Of a stretch of 64,000 nt of DNA, positions 1 through 10,495 are shown piece by piece. The number at the start of each line of letters is the position of its first letter. The first letter of the stretch is position 1. Position numbers and translations under genes: made by a program. Below the pieces are notes generated by a model that saw only the letters and a program-made list of their open reading frames with translations, was not told the origin of the DNA and did no database searches. This DNA comes from an uncultured Limnohabitans sp. (GTDB taxonomy: Bacteria; Pseudomonadota; Gammaproteobacteria; Burkholderiales; Burkholderiaceae_C): NCBI GenBank assembly GCA_964391575.1, contig CAYMMK010000001.1, forward strand, positions 9,111 to 73,110, given 5' to 3'.

Positions 1-2126
1 AGCCTGGCGTTTCGGTCACCCTGCAGTACCCTCCAAAACACAAAAAGGAAGGCGACAAGACTCAGTACGCCATCGAGATGGAGCCCGTGCTGGCCGAGCG
101 CATTGCGCGTGAGGAGGACGTCCGCACGCTCATCGAGATGGCGCAGCGGCTTGAGGGCATGACACGCAATGTCGGCATGCATGCGGGCGGGGTGCTGATT
201 GCCCCGGGCAAACTGACGGACTTTTGTCCCCTCTACCAACAGCCCGGCAGTGAGTCGGCCGTCAGTCAGTATGACAAGGATGATGTGGAGGCCGCTGGCC
301 TGGTGAAATTCGACTTCCTGGGCCTGGCCACGTTGACCATCCTGGAGATTGCGCGTGAACTGATCGTCCGTCGCCACCAGGGGCAGGAGAATTTCTCGTT
401 TGAAAAGATTGCCCTGGACGACGCCCGAACCTACCGGTTGTTCCAGGAGGGGCGCACCGAGGCGGTGTTCCAGTTTGAAAGCCGGGGCATGCAGGGCATG
501 CTGCGCGACGCCAAACCCTCACGCCTGGAAGACCTGATCGCCCTCAACGCCCTGTACCGGCCCGGGCCGATGGACCTGATTCCCAGCTTTGTCGCCCGCA
601 AGCACGGTCGTGAGGAGGTGGTCTACCCCCATCCGGCCGTAGCCGAGATGCTCAGCGAGACCTACGGCATCATGGTCTACCAGGAGCAGGTGATGCAGAC
701 GGCCCAGATTCTGGGCGGCTACTCGCTGGGCGGCGCCGACCTGCTGCGCCGTGCCATGGGCAAGAAAAAGCCCGAAGAAATGGCCGAGCACAGGGTCAAG
801 TTTCGAGAGGGCGCCCTGCGTACCCACCAGATCGGGCAGCAGCAGGCCGACGAAATTTTTGACCTGATGGAGCGCTTCGCAGGCTACGGCTTCAACAAGT
901 CCCATGCAGCAGCGTATTCGCTGCTGGCCTACCACACGGGGTGGCTCAAGGTGCATTACACCGCCGAGTTCTTTTGCGCCAACATGACCGTGGAGATGGA
1001 CGACACCGACAAGCTCAAGGTGCTCTACGAAGATGCCTTGCGTTTTGGCATCAGCTTTGATCCGCCCGATATCAACCGAGGCGAGTACCGCTTTGATCCG
1101 GTGACCGATCAGCAGATCCGTTATGGCCTGGGGGCCATCCGGGGCACGGGTCAGCAGGCAATCGAAGCCCTGGTGGCCGCCCGCAAGGAAGGCGGCCCCT
1201 TCAAAAGCCTGTTCGATTTCTGTGTCCGTATCGATCGCTCCCGCATCAACAAGCGCACCGTCGAGGCGCTGATCAAGGCGGGTGCCTTCGATGGCCTGCA
1301 CATGAACCGCGCTGCGCTGGTGGCCAGTATCGATAAAGCGTTCGACTTCGCCAATGCTGCTGCCGCCAATATCAACCAGGGCAGCCTGTTTGACATGCTT
1401 GGGGACGATTCGCACGGTTCGAGCACCCAGGAGCCTGAACTCGAAGAGGTCCTGCCCTGGGGCATCAAGGACCGGCTCTCATTCGAGAAGGCGGCGCTGG
1501 GCTTTTACCTGTCCGGGCACCTGTTCGATGCGGTCGAGAGCGAGGTGCGGCAATTTGTCCGTCGCCGTATCGATGATCTGATCGACAGCCGCGAGTCGCA
1601 ACTGTTGGCCGGTGTGGTGAGCGATTTGCGCATCATCAACGGCCAGCGGGGCAAGCTGGCGATTTTCAGGCTTGATGACAAATCCGCAGTGATGGAGGCC
1701 AGTGCCGATGAAGCCCTGATTCATGCGGCCCGTCATGTGCTCAGGGACGATGAGGTGATCGTCGTGATGGCCAAAATGCAGCCTGACCGGTTTTCCGGCG
1801 GCTACAGGCTCAAGATGGAACAGATCTGGGATCTCGCCACTGCACGTTGTCGGTTTGGCAAGTTTTTGCGGGTGGCGGTCAACGGTCATTTGCCCGACCT
1901 GCCACGTCTGTTCAAGGAGTTTGCGCCCGTGCGCGAGGAAACCGAGCACGGCGAGTTGGTGACCGGCCTGCCGGTTCGCCTGCTGTTGGAGCGGCGCAAT
2001 GCGCAAGTGGCTGCCTGCGCCGAAGTGGTCCTGGGGGACCAGGCCCGGTTTTTCCCGTCGGATGCGGCTTTGGCCAGCTGGATGGCGCAGGCCGATCAGG
2101 GGCGTGCGCAGATCGTCTACGAGTAA
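1..2126 (+). CDS. dnaE: DNA polymerase III alpha subunit, C-terminal part (5' end outside the window)
   Basis: Reading frame is open from nt 3 to the stop at 2126. Translation contains RNVGMHAGGVLIAP, LGLATLT, MVYQEQVMQ, YGFNKSHAAAYSLLAY and an OB-fold/C-terminal region, typical of Pol III alpha. Confidence 0.95.
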   Translation, partial: PGVSVTLQYPPKHKKEGDKTQYAIEMEPVLAERIAREEDVRTLIEMAQRLEGMTRNVGMHAGGVLIAPGKLTDFCPLYQQPGSESAVSQYDKDDVEAAGLVKFDFLGLATLTILEIARELIVRRHQGQENFSFEKIALDDARTYRLFQEGRTEAVFQFESRGMQGMLRDAKPSRLEDLIALNALYRPGPMDLIPSFVARKHGREEVVYPHPAVAEMLSETYGIMVYQEQVMQTAQILGGYSLGGADLLRRAMGKKKPEEMAEHRVKFREGALRTHQIGQQQADEIFDLMERFAGYGFNKSHAAAYSLLAYHTGWLKVHYTAEFFCANMTVEMDDTDKLKVLYEDALRFGISFDPPDINRGEYRFDPVTDQQIRYGLGAIRGTGQQAIEALVAARKEGGPFKSLFDFCVRIDRSRINKRTVEALIKAGAFDGLHMNRAALVASIDKAFDFANAAAANINQGSLFDMLGDDSHGSSTQEPELEEVLPWGIKDRLSFEKAALGFYLSGHLFDAVESEVRQFVRRRIDDLIDSRESQLLAGVVSDLRIINGQRGKLAIFRLDDKSAVMEASADEALIHAARHVLRDDEVIVVMAKMQPDRFSGGYRLKMEQIWDLATARCRFGKFLRVAVNGHLPDLPRLFKEFAPVREETEHGELVTGLPVRLLLERRNAQVAACAEVVLGDQARFFPSDAALASWMAQADQGRAQIVYE

Positions 2127-2149
2127 GCTTCAGCCCGGGACCTGCGGAC

Positions 2150-3025
2150 TCAGTCCGTCGGCCGAAAGCCCAGCACCATCACCGGAGGCACGCGCCCGTC
2201 GATGTCCTTGGGAAAGACCTCGGTCTTCTCGATGGCCCGAAGCACGGCATCGTCCCAGGCCTTGACGCCGCTGGACTTGACGATGCGGCTGCTCAGGATG
2301 GTGCCGTCTGCGGCCACACGCACTTCTACTTCGGTGCGGGGATTGCCCGCGATCTCGCCTGTCATGACGATGTTTGGCCGAATGCGTCCGACCAGTCGAC
2401 CCGCATAGCTGGCCGAGGGACCGGAGGAGCGTGCAGCCGAACCTGTGGCGTTCTCGCCGCCAGTGGCACCGGCCAGGCCTTGCATGCGACGCAGATTTTC
2501 CTGTCGCAAGGCCTCGGCACGTGCGGCCTCAGCTTTTTCCTGGGCTTCCTGGCGGGCCTCTTCCTTCTTGCGTTGTTCGGCCTGGCGTTTTTTCTCCTGG
2601 GCTTCCCGCTCCTTTTGGTCCTTTTCGGCTTGTTCCTTGCGGGCTTTTTCGCGGGCCAGCTGCTTTTCCTTTTCCTTGGCCTGCTGAAGTTCCTTCTCGC
2701 GCTTTTTTTGCAAGGCGATGTCAGCCTCGCTCACTTTCGGGGTTTCGGCAGGCTGGGGTGCAGGAGGCGGCGCAGGCTGGGGTGGGGGCGTCCCGGGCCC
2801 GGGCGGCAGGGTTTGCGGTGTGTTAACCGGTGCTGGAGCCGCAGCCTGTGGCACAGCCGACCAGAGTTCGGCTTCGGCGGTGACGGTGATGGGCCGGGTG
2901 TTCCAGTTGGTGACCAGCCCCAGAGCAGCGAACAGCAGGACGTGCGCCACCAGCGCCAGCGCCAGTGAACGTCCCAGTCCAGGGGCAGGCGGAGGCGCAA
3001 ATGCCGAGTGTTCAGCGGTGGTCAT
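2150..3025 (-). CDS. tolA: Cell envelope integrity protein TolA (N-terminal TM anchor, Pro-rich and Lys/Glu/Ala-rich helical linker, TolA/TonB-type C-terminal domain)
   Basis: 291-aa ORF immediately downstream of tolQ-tolR. TM segment LALALVAHVLLFAALGLV, then PPGPGTPPPQPAPPPAP and a KEKE/AEQ-rich region, then a C-terminal domain GRIRPNIV...VEVRVAADGTILS. Confidence 0.85.
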   Translation of the reverse strand: MTTAEHSAFAPPPAPGLGRSLALALVAHVLLFAALGLVTNWNTRPITVTAEAELWSAVPQAAAPAPVNTPQTLPPGPGTPPPQPAPPPAPQPAETPKVSEADIALQKKREKELQQAKEKEKQLAREKARKEQAEKDQKEREAQEKKRQAEQRKKEEARQEAQEKAEAARAEALRQENLRRMQGLAGATGGENATGSAARSSGPSASYAGRLVGRIRPNIVMTGEIAGNPRTEVEVRVAADGTILSSRIVKSSGVKAWDDAVLRAIEKTEVFPKDIDGRVPPVMVLGFRPTD

Positions 3026-3048
3026 GAAGACAGGGCCTTGCGCAGCAT

Positions 3049-3468
<420 letters not shown>

Positions 3469-3483
3469 GGTGCAGTTCCTCGC

Positions 3484-4179
3484 TCAATGGCCCGAGGCAG
3501 ACGGGTTGGCGCCCAGGCTGCGCTGCAGGATGTTGGAAAACTCTTCAATGAATGTCTCCAGCCGGATCGCAACGCGGTCGATGTCGCGTGCAAACCGGTT
3601 GTAGGCCACCACGGCCGGAATGGCTGCAAACAGGCCAATGGCGGTGGCCACCAGAGCCTCTGCAATCCCGGGCGCCACCGAGGCCAGGGTGACCTGCTGC
3701 AGGTTGGCCAGGCCGGTGAAGGCATGCATGATGCCCCAGACCGTGCCAAACAGACCCACATAGGGTGAGACCGAGCCGACCGAAGCCAGAAAGGCCAGCT
3801 GGGATTCGGCGACATCCATTTCGCGCTGGAAACTCGCGCGCATGGCCCTGCGGGCACCGTCGAGCAAGGTGCCCGCATCCGTGATGCGGCGCTCGCGCAG
3901 TTTCTGATATTCGCGCATACCACTGGCAAAGATCCGCTCCATAGGACCCGAGAGGCGTGCGTTCTGGCTGGCCGCTGAAAACAGCTCGTTGAGGCTGGTG
4001 CCGGACCAGAACACCCGCTCGAACTCGTCGTTGAGTTTGCGTATGCGCTTGATGGCCCCGAGTTTGCGGATGATGGCGGCCCAGCTGGTCACTGAAAGGG
4101 CCAGCAGGATGGCCATCACGATCTGGACTACGAGGCTGGCATGCAGGACCAGCGAGACGATGGACATGTCGTTATTCAT
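3484..4179 (-). CDS. tolQ: Tol-Pal system protein TolQ (MotA/TolQ/ExbB proton channel)
   Basis: 231 aa. Close match by eye to E. coli TolQ (SVGSVSPYVGLFGTVWGIMHAF, VAPGIAEALVATAIGLFAAIPAVVAYN). Confidence 0.95.
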   Translation of the reverse strand: MNNDMSIVSLVLHASLVVQIVMAILLALSVTSWAAIIRKLGAIKRIRKLNDEFERVFWSGTSLNELFSAASQNARLSGPMERIFASGMREYQKLRERRITDAGTLLDGARRAMRASFQREMDVAESQLAFLASVGSVSPYVGLFGTVWGIMHAFTGLANLQQVTLASVAPGIAEALVATAIGLFAAIPAVVAYNRFARDIDRVAIRLETFIEEFSNILQRSLGANPSASGH

Positions 4180-4598
4180 GACGTGAGTTTTTCAAGAATG
4201 GCGGTCGGTATGCGACCTGGTTTGAGGCTGCTGGCATCCACCCAGCCGATGCGAATGGTGCCCTCGGCAAGCAGGACTTCGGCGTGCGCCTGGCCCTGCA
4301 GCAGGACCTGCTGTGCAAGCGTGATACTGGCACGGCCGGCGTCCAAAATCCGCGTGGTGACCCACAGCGCATCGTCCAGACGCGCGCTGCGATGGTATTT
4401 GATGGTGGTGTCGCTGACCACGAACATGCCGCCGATCTCGTCTCGCAGGGCCTGCTGCGCAATGCCCAGGCTGCGCAGCCACTCGGTACGGCCGCGTTCC
4501 ATGAACCTGAGGTAATTGGCATAAAACACAATGCCGCCGGCATCGGTGTCTTCCCAATAGACCCGAAGGGGAAAAGCAAAATGTGCGATCGAGCTCAT
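4176..4598 (-). CDS. ybgC: Tol-Pal-associated acyl-CoA thioesterase YbgC (4HBT hotdog fold)
   Basis: 140 aa. VYWEDTDAGGIVFYANYLRFMERGRTEW motif. 4-nt overlap with tolQ start and with the upstream aminotransferase stop. Confidence 0.9.
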   Translation of the reverse strand: MSSIAHFAFPLRVYWEDTDAGGIVFYANYLRFMERGRTEWLRSLGIAQQALRDEIGGMFVVSDTTIKYHRSARLDDALWVTTRILDAGRASITLAQQVLLQGQAHAEVLLAEGTIRIGWVDASSLKPGRIPTAILEKLTS

Positions 4599-5785
4599 GG
4601 ATGCAGCCAGGCCTTGAGCCTGGCGATGGCCGTATGCAGTTCGGTCATCGAGTTGGCGGTGGAAAAACGGACATACCGGGCCGTTTCAAAGGTGCCGAAA
4701 TCGCGTCCCGGAGTGATGGCCAGATGCGCATGCTCGAGGGCAGCGTGGGCGAATGCCCAGCTGTCTGGCAGCCCAGCTGCCTTGCACGCCTGACTGCAAT
4801 CGGCCCAGGCATAGAAAGCGCCGTCGGGCATGACCGGAACATCGAGCCCGAGTTCGCGCAGCGCCGGAATGAAATAATCGCGCCGGGCCTTGAATTCGGC
4901 GCGTCGCTGTTCGTACAGGTCCAGGCTGGGCGCTTCGAAACAGGCCAGCGCAGCGTCCTGCGCAATTGTGCTGGGGCAGATGAAGAGGTTTTGCGCCAGC
5001 CGCTCGATAACATGAACCAGGGCATCGGGCACCACCAGCCATCCCAGGCGCCAGCCGGTCATGTTGAAGTACTTGCTGAAACTGTTGATGCTGATGATGT
5101 CATTGCCCAGCGCCAGGGCCGACTGGCTGTAGCGATCCTCGTGGCTCAGGCCCAGATAGATTTCATCGATCAGGGTGACACCACCTTGCGTACTGACGAA
5201 CTGGTGGATGCGCCGCAGTTCATCCGGGTCGATCGATGTGCCGGTGGGGTTGGAGGGGGAGGCCAGCAGAACCCCCCGGGTTCGCGGCCCCCAGGCGGCC
5301 TTGACCTGGTCTGCGCTAAGCTGGAAGCGGTCACGGGCGGTGGTCGGAATCAGGATGGCCTTGCCTTCGGCAGCACTGACGAAATGTCGGTTGCAGGGGT
5401 AGCTGGGGTCGGGCATCAGGATTTCATCGCCTTGCTCGACCAGGGACAGGCACGCCAGCTGCAAGGCCGCCGAAGCGCCAGCCGTGATGATGATGCGGGC
5501 GGCTGGCACCTGAAGACCAAAACGATCTGTGTACCAGCGGCTGATGGCCTGACGCAGTTCATCCGTGCCAAGGGCCTGTGTGTAGCGTGTGTGCCCACTG
5601 GCAATGCCTTGTGTGGCCCGCTCCCCGACCAGCGGGGCGGCAGTGAAATCGGGTTCGCCAATATTGAGGAATATCACAGGCCTGTCGGTGTGCTGCACCT
5701 GGCGGGCCTTGACCAGGGCGGCCTTGGCCACCTCCATGACGTAAAAGGGTTCGATGCGAAGGGCGCGCTGGGCAATCCGCATGGG
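4595..5785 (-). CDS. Pyridoxal-phosphate-dependent aminotransferase, class I/II (specificity unknown)
   Basis: ORF 4595..5875 was trimmed to the internal Met (MRIAQRALRIEPFYVMEV) so that it no longer overlaps nusB. SPSNPTG and NSFSKYFNMTGWRLGW (PLP-lysine region) motifs. Confidence 0.85.
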   Translation of the reverse strand, partial: PMRIAQRALRIEPFYVMEVAKAALVKARQVQHTDRPVIFLNIGEPDFTAAPLVGERATQGIASGHTRYTQALGTDELRQAISRWYTDRFGLQVPAARIIITAGASAALQLACLSLVEQGDEILMPDPSYPCNRHFVSAAEGKAILIPTTARDRFQLSADQVKAAWGPRTRGVLLASPSNPTGTSIDPDELRRIHQFVSTQGGVTLIDEIYLGLSHEDRYSQSALALGNDIISINSFSKYFNMTGWRLGWLVVPDALVHVIERLAQNLFICPSTIAQDAALACFEAPSLDLYEQRRAEFKARRDYFIPALRELGLDVPVMPDGAFYAWADCSQACKAAGLPDSWAFAHAALEHAHLAITPGRDFGTFETARYVRFSTANSMTELHTAIARLKAWLHP

Positions 5786-5792
5786 TCGACAC

Positions 5793-6287
5793 TCAGTCGC
5801 GGGCCTTGCCCGCAGCACGATCGGCCTGGACCTCGACGGCGCGCAGCTGCGGCGCCAATCCGCTGAGGACGGCATTCACATATTTGTGCCCGTCAGTGCC
5901 GCCAAAGTCCTTGGTCAGCTCGATGCATTCATTGAGCACCACTCGCCAGGGAACGTCCAGACAATACTGGAGCTCGTACAGGCCAATCCACATGCAGGCG
6001 TGTTCGATCGGGGAGATTTCGTCGAGCGCGCGGTCCAGCCGCGGCGCAATGAGTGCGTCCATGGCCTGGGCCTCTCGTGTGCAGCCGTGAAAGAGTGCGT
6101 CGTAATGCGCGATGTCGGCCTTGTGAAAGCCCGACAGGTCCCGGGTGAAGAGGTCAATGTCGGTGGCCTCGTTACGGCCCACAAGAAGCTGGTAGAGCGC
6201 TTGCAGGGCAAACTCTCGCGAGCGACTGCGTGCGGGCTTCGACGAGGACTTGCGGGTGCCCGGCGATCGGGGTGCGGATTCGTTCAT
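5793..6287 (-). CDS. nusB: Transcription antitermination factor NusB
   Basis: 164 aa. [11 protein letters not shown] motif. Canonical ribH-nusB adjacency with a 4-nt overlap with ribH. Confidence 0.93.
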   Translation of the reverse strand: MNESAPRSPGTRKSSSKPARSRSREFALQALYQLLVGRNEATDIDLFTRDLSGFHKADIAHYDALFHGCTREAQAMDALIAPRLDRALDEISPIEHACMWIGLYELQYCLDVPWRVVLNECIELTKDFGGTDGHKYVNAVLSGLAPQLRAVEVQADRAAGKARD

Positions 6288-6775
6288 TGCGCGTCCTGCA
6301 CCAGTTCAGCCAGATCGGCAGACAGGTCATCGACCAGGCACGCCATTTCAACGGCCACCCGGGCAGCGTCACGCCCTTTGTCGTGTTGGCGTGCGACGGC
6401 CTGCGACAGGTTCTCGACGGTCAGGATGGCGTTGGCAATGGGCAGGTGATAGTCCAGGCCCACACGGGTCACACCGGCGCCCGACTCGTTGGCCACCAGC
6501 TCGAAGTGGTAGGTTTCACCCCGGATGATGCAGCCCAGCGCAATCAGCGCGTCGTATTCCGCCCGCTCGGCCAGAGCCTGCAGGGCTAAGGGGACTTCAA
6601 GTGCGCCCGGGACCAACACATGATCAATGTGCTGGACGTTGAGTCGCCGAAGCTCGTCCTGGCATGCCTGGGCCAGGGTGTTGGTGATGTCTTCATTGAA
6701 GCGTGCCTGAACGATACCGATGCGCAGGTGTTGGCCGTCGAGGGCGCCGGCCCGGCCTTGTTGGGCGTTTTGCAT
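6284..6775 (-). CDS. ribH: 6,7-dimethyl-8-ribityllumazine synthase
   Basis: 163 aa. [22 protein letters not shown] and [12 protein letters not shown] motifs. Confidence 0.95.
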   Translation of the reverse strand: MQNAQQGRAGALDGQHLRIGIVQARFNEDITNTLAQACQDELRRLNVQHIDHVLVPGALEVPLALQALAERAEYDALIALGCIIRGETYHFELVANESGAGVTRVGLDYHLPIANAILTVENLSQAVARQHDKGRDAARVAVEMACLVDDLSADLAELVQDAQ

Positions 6776-6779
6776 GGCG

Positions 6780-7901
6780 TTATTCCTTGGGAATGTATCC
6801 GGTGATTTCGAGACCGTAGCCGGTCATGCTGGGCATACGTCGCGGGTTGCCCATGAGTTTCATTTTTTGCACCCCACACAGGCGCAGGATCTGGGCTCCA
6901 ATGCCGTAGGTGCGCAGATCCATCCGGCCGCGTTCAGGAGCCTGCGCCGAGCGCGCACTGCCCTCAAACTGGGCCAGCAGCTGGGCCGCAGACTCTCCGC
7001 CATTGAGGAGTACAGCCACCCCCTGGCCCTGTGCGTGGATGTAGCGCAGGCTGGCATCCAGACTCCAAGAGTGCATGGGCCGGTTGAGCTCGAGGGCATC
7101 GAGCACGGAAAGGGGCTCGTGTACGCGCACGGGCACTTCGGTCGCGGCACTCCACTGTCCTTTGACCAGGGCCAGGTGCACGGATTGGCTGGGCTTGTCG
7201 CGAAAGGCGTGGGCGGTGAATTCGCCGTGGGCTGTCTGAAGTGTTCGGCTACCGATGCGCTCGACCAGTGATTCATTGCGGCTGCGGTACTCGATCAGGT
7301 CGGCGATGGTGCCGATTTTCAGTCCATGTTCGGCGGCAAACAGCTGCAGATCGGGCAGGCGGGCCATGGTGCCATCGTCTTTCATGATCTCGCAGATCAC
7401 GGAAGAGGGGCTACAGCCAGCCATGGCGGCCAGATCGCATCCGGCTTCGGTGTGGCCGGCGCGCATCAGAACGCCACCATCGACCGCCTGCAGTGGAAAG
7501 ATGTGGCCGGGCTGCACCAGGTCGGCAGGCTGGGTGTTCCTGGCTACCGCCACAGCGACGGTGCGGGCGCGGTCGGCAGCGGAGATGCCGGTGGTCACGC
7601 CTTCGGCGGCCTCGATCGACACGGTAAAGGCCGTGCTGTAGACGGTTCCGTTGCGCGCTGCCATGGGGGGCAGTTTGAGGTACTCGCAGCGCTCGCGCGT
7701 CAATGTCAGGCAGATCAGGCCACGGCCGAATCGAGCCATGAAATTGATGGCGTCGGGGGTTACATGGTCGGCGGCCAGAACCAGGTCACCCTCGTTCTCC
7801 CGGTCTTCCTCGTCAACGAGGATGACCATGCGGCCGGCTTTCATTTCGGCCACGATGTCCTGGACGGGCGAAATGCCCACGGGAGAGGTGGTAATGCTCA
7901 T
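6780..7901 (-). CDS. ribBA: Bifunctional 3,4-dihydroxy-2-butanone-4-phosphate synthase / GTP cyclohydrolase II-like protein
   Basis: 373 aa. DHBP synthase motifs ([18 protein letters not shown]) plus a C-terminal RibA-like half. Confidence 0.93.
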   Translation of the reverse strand: MSITTSPVGISPVQDIVAEMKAGRMVILVDEEDRENEGDLVLAADHVTPDAINFMARFGRGLICLTLTRERCEYLKLPPMAARNGTVYSTAFTVSIEAAEGVTTGISAADRARTVAVAVARNTQPADLVQPGHIFPLQAVDGGVLMRAGHTEAGCDLAAMAGCSPSSVICEIMKDDGTMARLPDLQLFAAEHGLKIGTIADLIEYRSRNESLVERIGSRTLQTAHGEFTAHAFRDKPSQSVHLALVKGQWSAATEVPVRVHEPLSVLDALELNRPMHSWSLDASLRYIHAQGQGVAVLLNGGESAAQLLAQFEGSARSAQAPERGRMDLRTYGIGAQILRLCGVQKMKLMGNPRRMPSMTGYGLEITGYIPKE

Positions 7902-8536
7902 GCCTGTACTTTCTGGTGAAGGCCAGCGCTGAGCATGCGCTCGACATAGCGGGCCACGGTATCGATTTCCAGGTTGACGGGGCTGCCCGCACGGAGTTGG
8001 CCCAGCGCCGTGTTTTCAATCGTATGCGGGATCAGGTTGATGCTGACCTCGCAGCCCTGGGGCAAATCGTTGACCCGGTTGACCGTCAGGCTCACACCAT
8101 TGATGGTGAGAGAGCCCTTGTAGGCCAAATATCTGGCCAGTGCGACAGGTGCTACCACGCAAAGCTCCCAGCTTTCACCGACCTGCTCGAAGCGACTGAC
8201 AAGACCGACCCCATCGACATGGCCGGAGACGATGTGGCCACCCAGGCGGTCGTGGGCTCGCAGAGCTTTTTCAAGGTTGACGGGCCCTGGCTTGTCAAGT
8301 CCGCAGGTCTTGTCCAGGGATTCGGCCGAAATGTCGATGGTGAACTGCTGCGATTCGGGGCTGAAGGTGGTGACGGTCATACAGGCACCGTTGATGGCGA
8401 TGCTGTCACCCAGACCCACATCGTCAAGGTAACCCTGCGGCGCCTCAAGGGTCAGCCGCTTGCCATGCTGTAAAGAGCGTCCCAGGTCGTGAAGGGCGAC
8501 GATTCGCCCCACGCCGGTGATGATTCCGGTGAACAT
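7898..8536 (-). CDS. ribE: Riboflavin synthase
   Basis: ORF 7898..8722 was trimmed to the ATG at 8536 (MFTGIITGVGRI, the canonical N-terminus). Internal duplication with a second GHVDG/lumazine-binding repeat. Confidence 0.93.
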   Translation of the reverse strand: MFTGIITGVGRIVALHDLGRSLQHGKRLTLEAPQGYLDDVGLGDSIAINGACMTVTTFSPESQQFTIDISAESLDKTCGLDKPGPVNLEKALRAHDRLGGHIVSGHVDGVGLVSRFEQVGESWELCVVAPVALARYLAYKGSLTINGVSLTVNRVNDLPQGCEVSINLIPHTIENTALGQLRAGSPVNLEIDTVARYVERMLSAGLHQKVQA

Positions 8537-8660
8537 GGCGCTATTTTCGCAGGGTTTGATTGTCGGCAGGGTGTGGCACCAAAATTTCATCGTGCCCACC
8601 TGGCATGGAAAGCCCGGTCTCATCGCTGATAATGGTACGACTTTCAAGGAGTGCCTTTTC

Positions 8661-9899
8661 ATGCGCTGGTTTCTCGGCATTGTTTCGTCGTTCGCTTTGA
8701 TTTTGTCCGGTTGTGGCGGCAACGGCAGCTCTGCGCCTGCGCCATCTGGGTTGAGTGTTCAGGCGGGAGACACCCAGGTCGTGATCAACTGGAACGCCGA
8801 GCCTGGGCTCGAATATTGGGTTCTCTTCGCCCCCGGCGCCACGGTCGATGCTCAAAGCTGGTCTCAAACGCCCGGCGGCAACGCTGTGGTCAAGGTGACC
8901 CCCCCCTACACTTTGACTGGATTGACCAATGGCGTTCAATATGCATTTGCTGTCAATGCCCGAAAAGGCAGCGGCCCGGGGGGGGCGGCGACGCCTTCCG
9001 TGGCGGTCACTCCGCGAGCAGCCGGCAGCGTCTGGACACTGTCGAGCCCGGTAGGTTCGGCCAACTTGTATGCGGGCACCTATGGCTTGCTTTCGAGCAC
9101 CCTGGGCTACCGCATGGTGGTGGCCGGTGATGGTGGTGTTGTCCAGTCCAGTACGGACGGCCAGACCTGGACTGCCAGCAGCATGGGGGGGGCTGTCGCC
9201 GTCCGGGGCCTGACCTTTGCCTACGGCAAGTTGTTCGTGGTGGGAGACGATGGATGGCTCGCCTCCAGCAGCGACCTGAGCAGCTTCAGCCGGATCTCCA
9301 GCGGTGTGGGCACACCGTTGTACAGCATCGCCTCCAACGGTTCAAAAGCCCTCGTGGTCGGTGCGGGTGGAGTCATTTTGGCCAGCTCAGATGGCAATAC
9401 ATGGTCGCGGATCTCCAGCGGGACCCCCCAGGATTTGCTTGCAGTGACCTACTCGGCGGCGGGCTACTGGATTGCTGTTGGGGCCGGCGGAACGGTCATC
9501 CGGAGCTCCGATGGAGACACCTGGACCTCAGTGACCAGCGGTGTTTCAGGCACGCTGCGATCTGTGGCCCCGATGGCGCTCACCACCACCGCCAACAATG
9601 TCATCACCACCAACTACCGAGTCGTGGCTGCTGGCGATGGTGGTCAACTGATTTCAAGCAATGACGGCCTGTCCTGGCAGCAGACAGTATTGCCTGGTCA
9701 GCCCAATCTCCACCGGTTGATCAGTGTGACCCGCCAGATGGTGGCTGTCGGGGCGGCGGGGACCGTGGCCCTGAGTGCTGATGGCCTGCAATGGAGTCAA
9801 TCGCCCTCGGTCACCAGCGCAGATCTTTGGGCCGTGCTGCGCTTCGGGAATGTCTACCGCGCATTTGGCGCAGGTGGAACGCAACTCGAGTCCCGTTGA
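8661..9899 (+). CDS. Predicted lipoprotein: FN3-like domain followed by a 7-bladed BNR/Ycf48-like beta-propeller
   Basis: ATG at 8661 preceded by AAGGA. Signal peptide with lipobox LILSG-C. An FN3-like segment (VVINWNAEPGLEYWVLF...GLTNGVQYAFAV), then six to seven repeats of hhhGxxGxhhxSxDGxxWxxh. Confidence 0.8.
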   Translation: MRWFLGIVSSFALILSGCGGNGSSAPAPSGLSVQAGDTQVVINWNAEPGLEYWVLFAPGATVDAQSWSQTPGGNAVVKVTPPYTLTGLTNGVQYAFAVNARKGSGPGGAATPSVAVTPRAAGSVWTLSSPVGSANLYAGTYGLLSSTLGYRMVVAGDGGVVQSSTDGQTWTASSMGGAVAVRGLTFAYGKLFVVGDDGWLASSSDLSSFSRISSGVGTPLYSIASNGSKALVVGAGGVILASSDGNTWSRISSGTPQDLLAVTYSAAGYWIAVGAGGTVIRSSDGDTWTSVTSGVSGTLRSVAPMALTTTANNVITTNYRVVAAGDGGQLISSNDGLSWQQTVLPGQPNLHRLISVTRQMVAVGAAGTVALSADGLQWSQSPSVTSADLWAVLRFGNVYRAFGAGGTQLESR

Positions 9900-9910
9900 G
9901 AGGTTCGAAC

Positions 9911-10453
9911 ATGGCTGGTGCTCACCGTCGAAAAGCTCCAGTGGCAACCGCTTCGTCACGGACGCCGGCGGCTGACAACGAGCCTGCCATCAGAACCATC
10001 AAGAAGTACCCCAACCGTCGCTTGTATGACGCACTCAGTTCGCGTTATGTGACCCTTGCAGAAATCAGGCAACTGGTCATGCAGGGTGAGCCGTTTGTGG
10101 TTCGGGATGCCAAAACCTCAGAGGACCTGACCCGGTCGATTTTGCTGCAAATCATTCTGGAACAGGAAGCTGCAGGCGTACCCCTGCTCAGTGAGTCGGC
10201 CTTGGCCAACCTGATTCGTTTTTACGGACATGCCCTGCAACCCCTGATGGGTCGCAGCCTGGAGCAGCAATTGCAGGCCATGACCGACTGGCAACGCGAG
10301 CTCGGGGACGCTGCCCAGTCCTTGCAAGGGCCGGCATTTCAGGCCTTGATGAGTGACTATGTCGCACAATCGAGTCATGCCATGACGCAGATCCAGTTGC
10401 AGATGCAACGCCAGGCCCAACAACTGCTGGGTGCTTTTGGCCTGAAGATTTGA
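9911..10453 (+). CDS. phaR: Polyhydroxyalkanoate synthesis repressor PhaR
   Basis: ATG at 9911 after GAGAGG. IKKYPNRRLYDALSSRYVTLAEIRQLV...LTRSILLQIILEQE is the PhaR signature. Confidence 0.9.
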   Translation: MAGAHRRKAPVATASSRTPAADNEPAIRTIKKYPNRRLYDALSSRYVTLAEIRQLVMQGEPFVVRDAKTSEDLTRSILLQIILEQEAAGVPLLSESALANLIRFYGHALQPLMGRSLEQQLQAMTDWQRELGDAAQSLQGPAFQALMSDYVAQSSHAMTQIQLQMQRQAQQLLGAFGLKI

Positions 10454-10495
10454 TCGTCAACCTACAGGCACCCAAATGCAAGGACAATCGCGTTC

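Noticed and set aside
519-2968. Antisense or out-of-frame ORFs within dnaE and tolA (for example 519..1415 minus, 1479..2006 minus, 1847..2968 plus)
   Set aside because: They overlap strongly supported genes. The translations are Arg/Gly/Pro-rich nonsense. The 1847..2968 ORF is simply the complement of the repetitive tolA linker.
8537-8660. Possible FMN (RFN) riboswitch in the 5' region of the ribE-ribBA-ribH array
   Set aside because: The reverse complement of this 124-nt region lacks the conserved RFN core segments as I remember them (AGGGCGGGGxGAAATTCCCCACCGGCGGTA... and ...CCGACGGT.AAAGTCCGGATG). It looks like an ordinary divergent promoter region.
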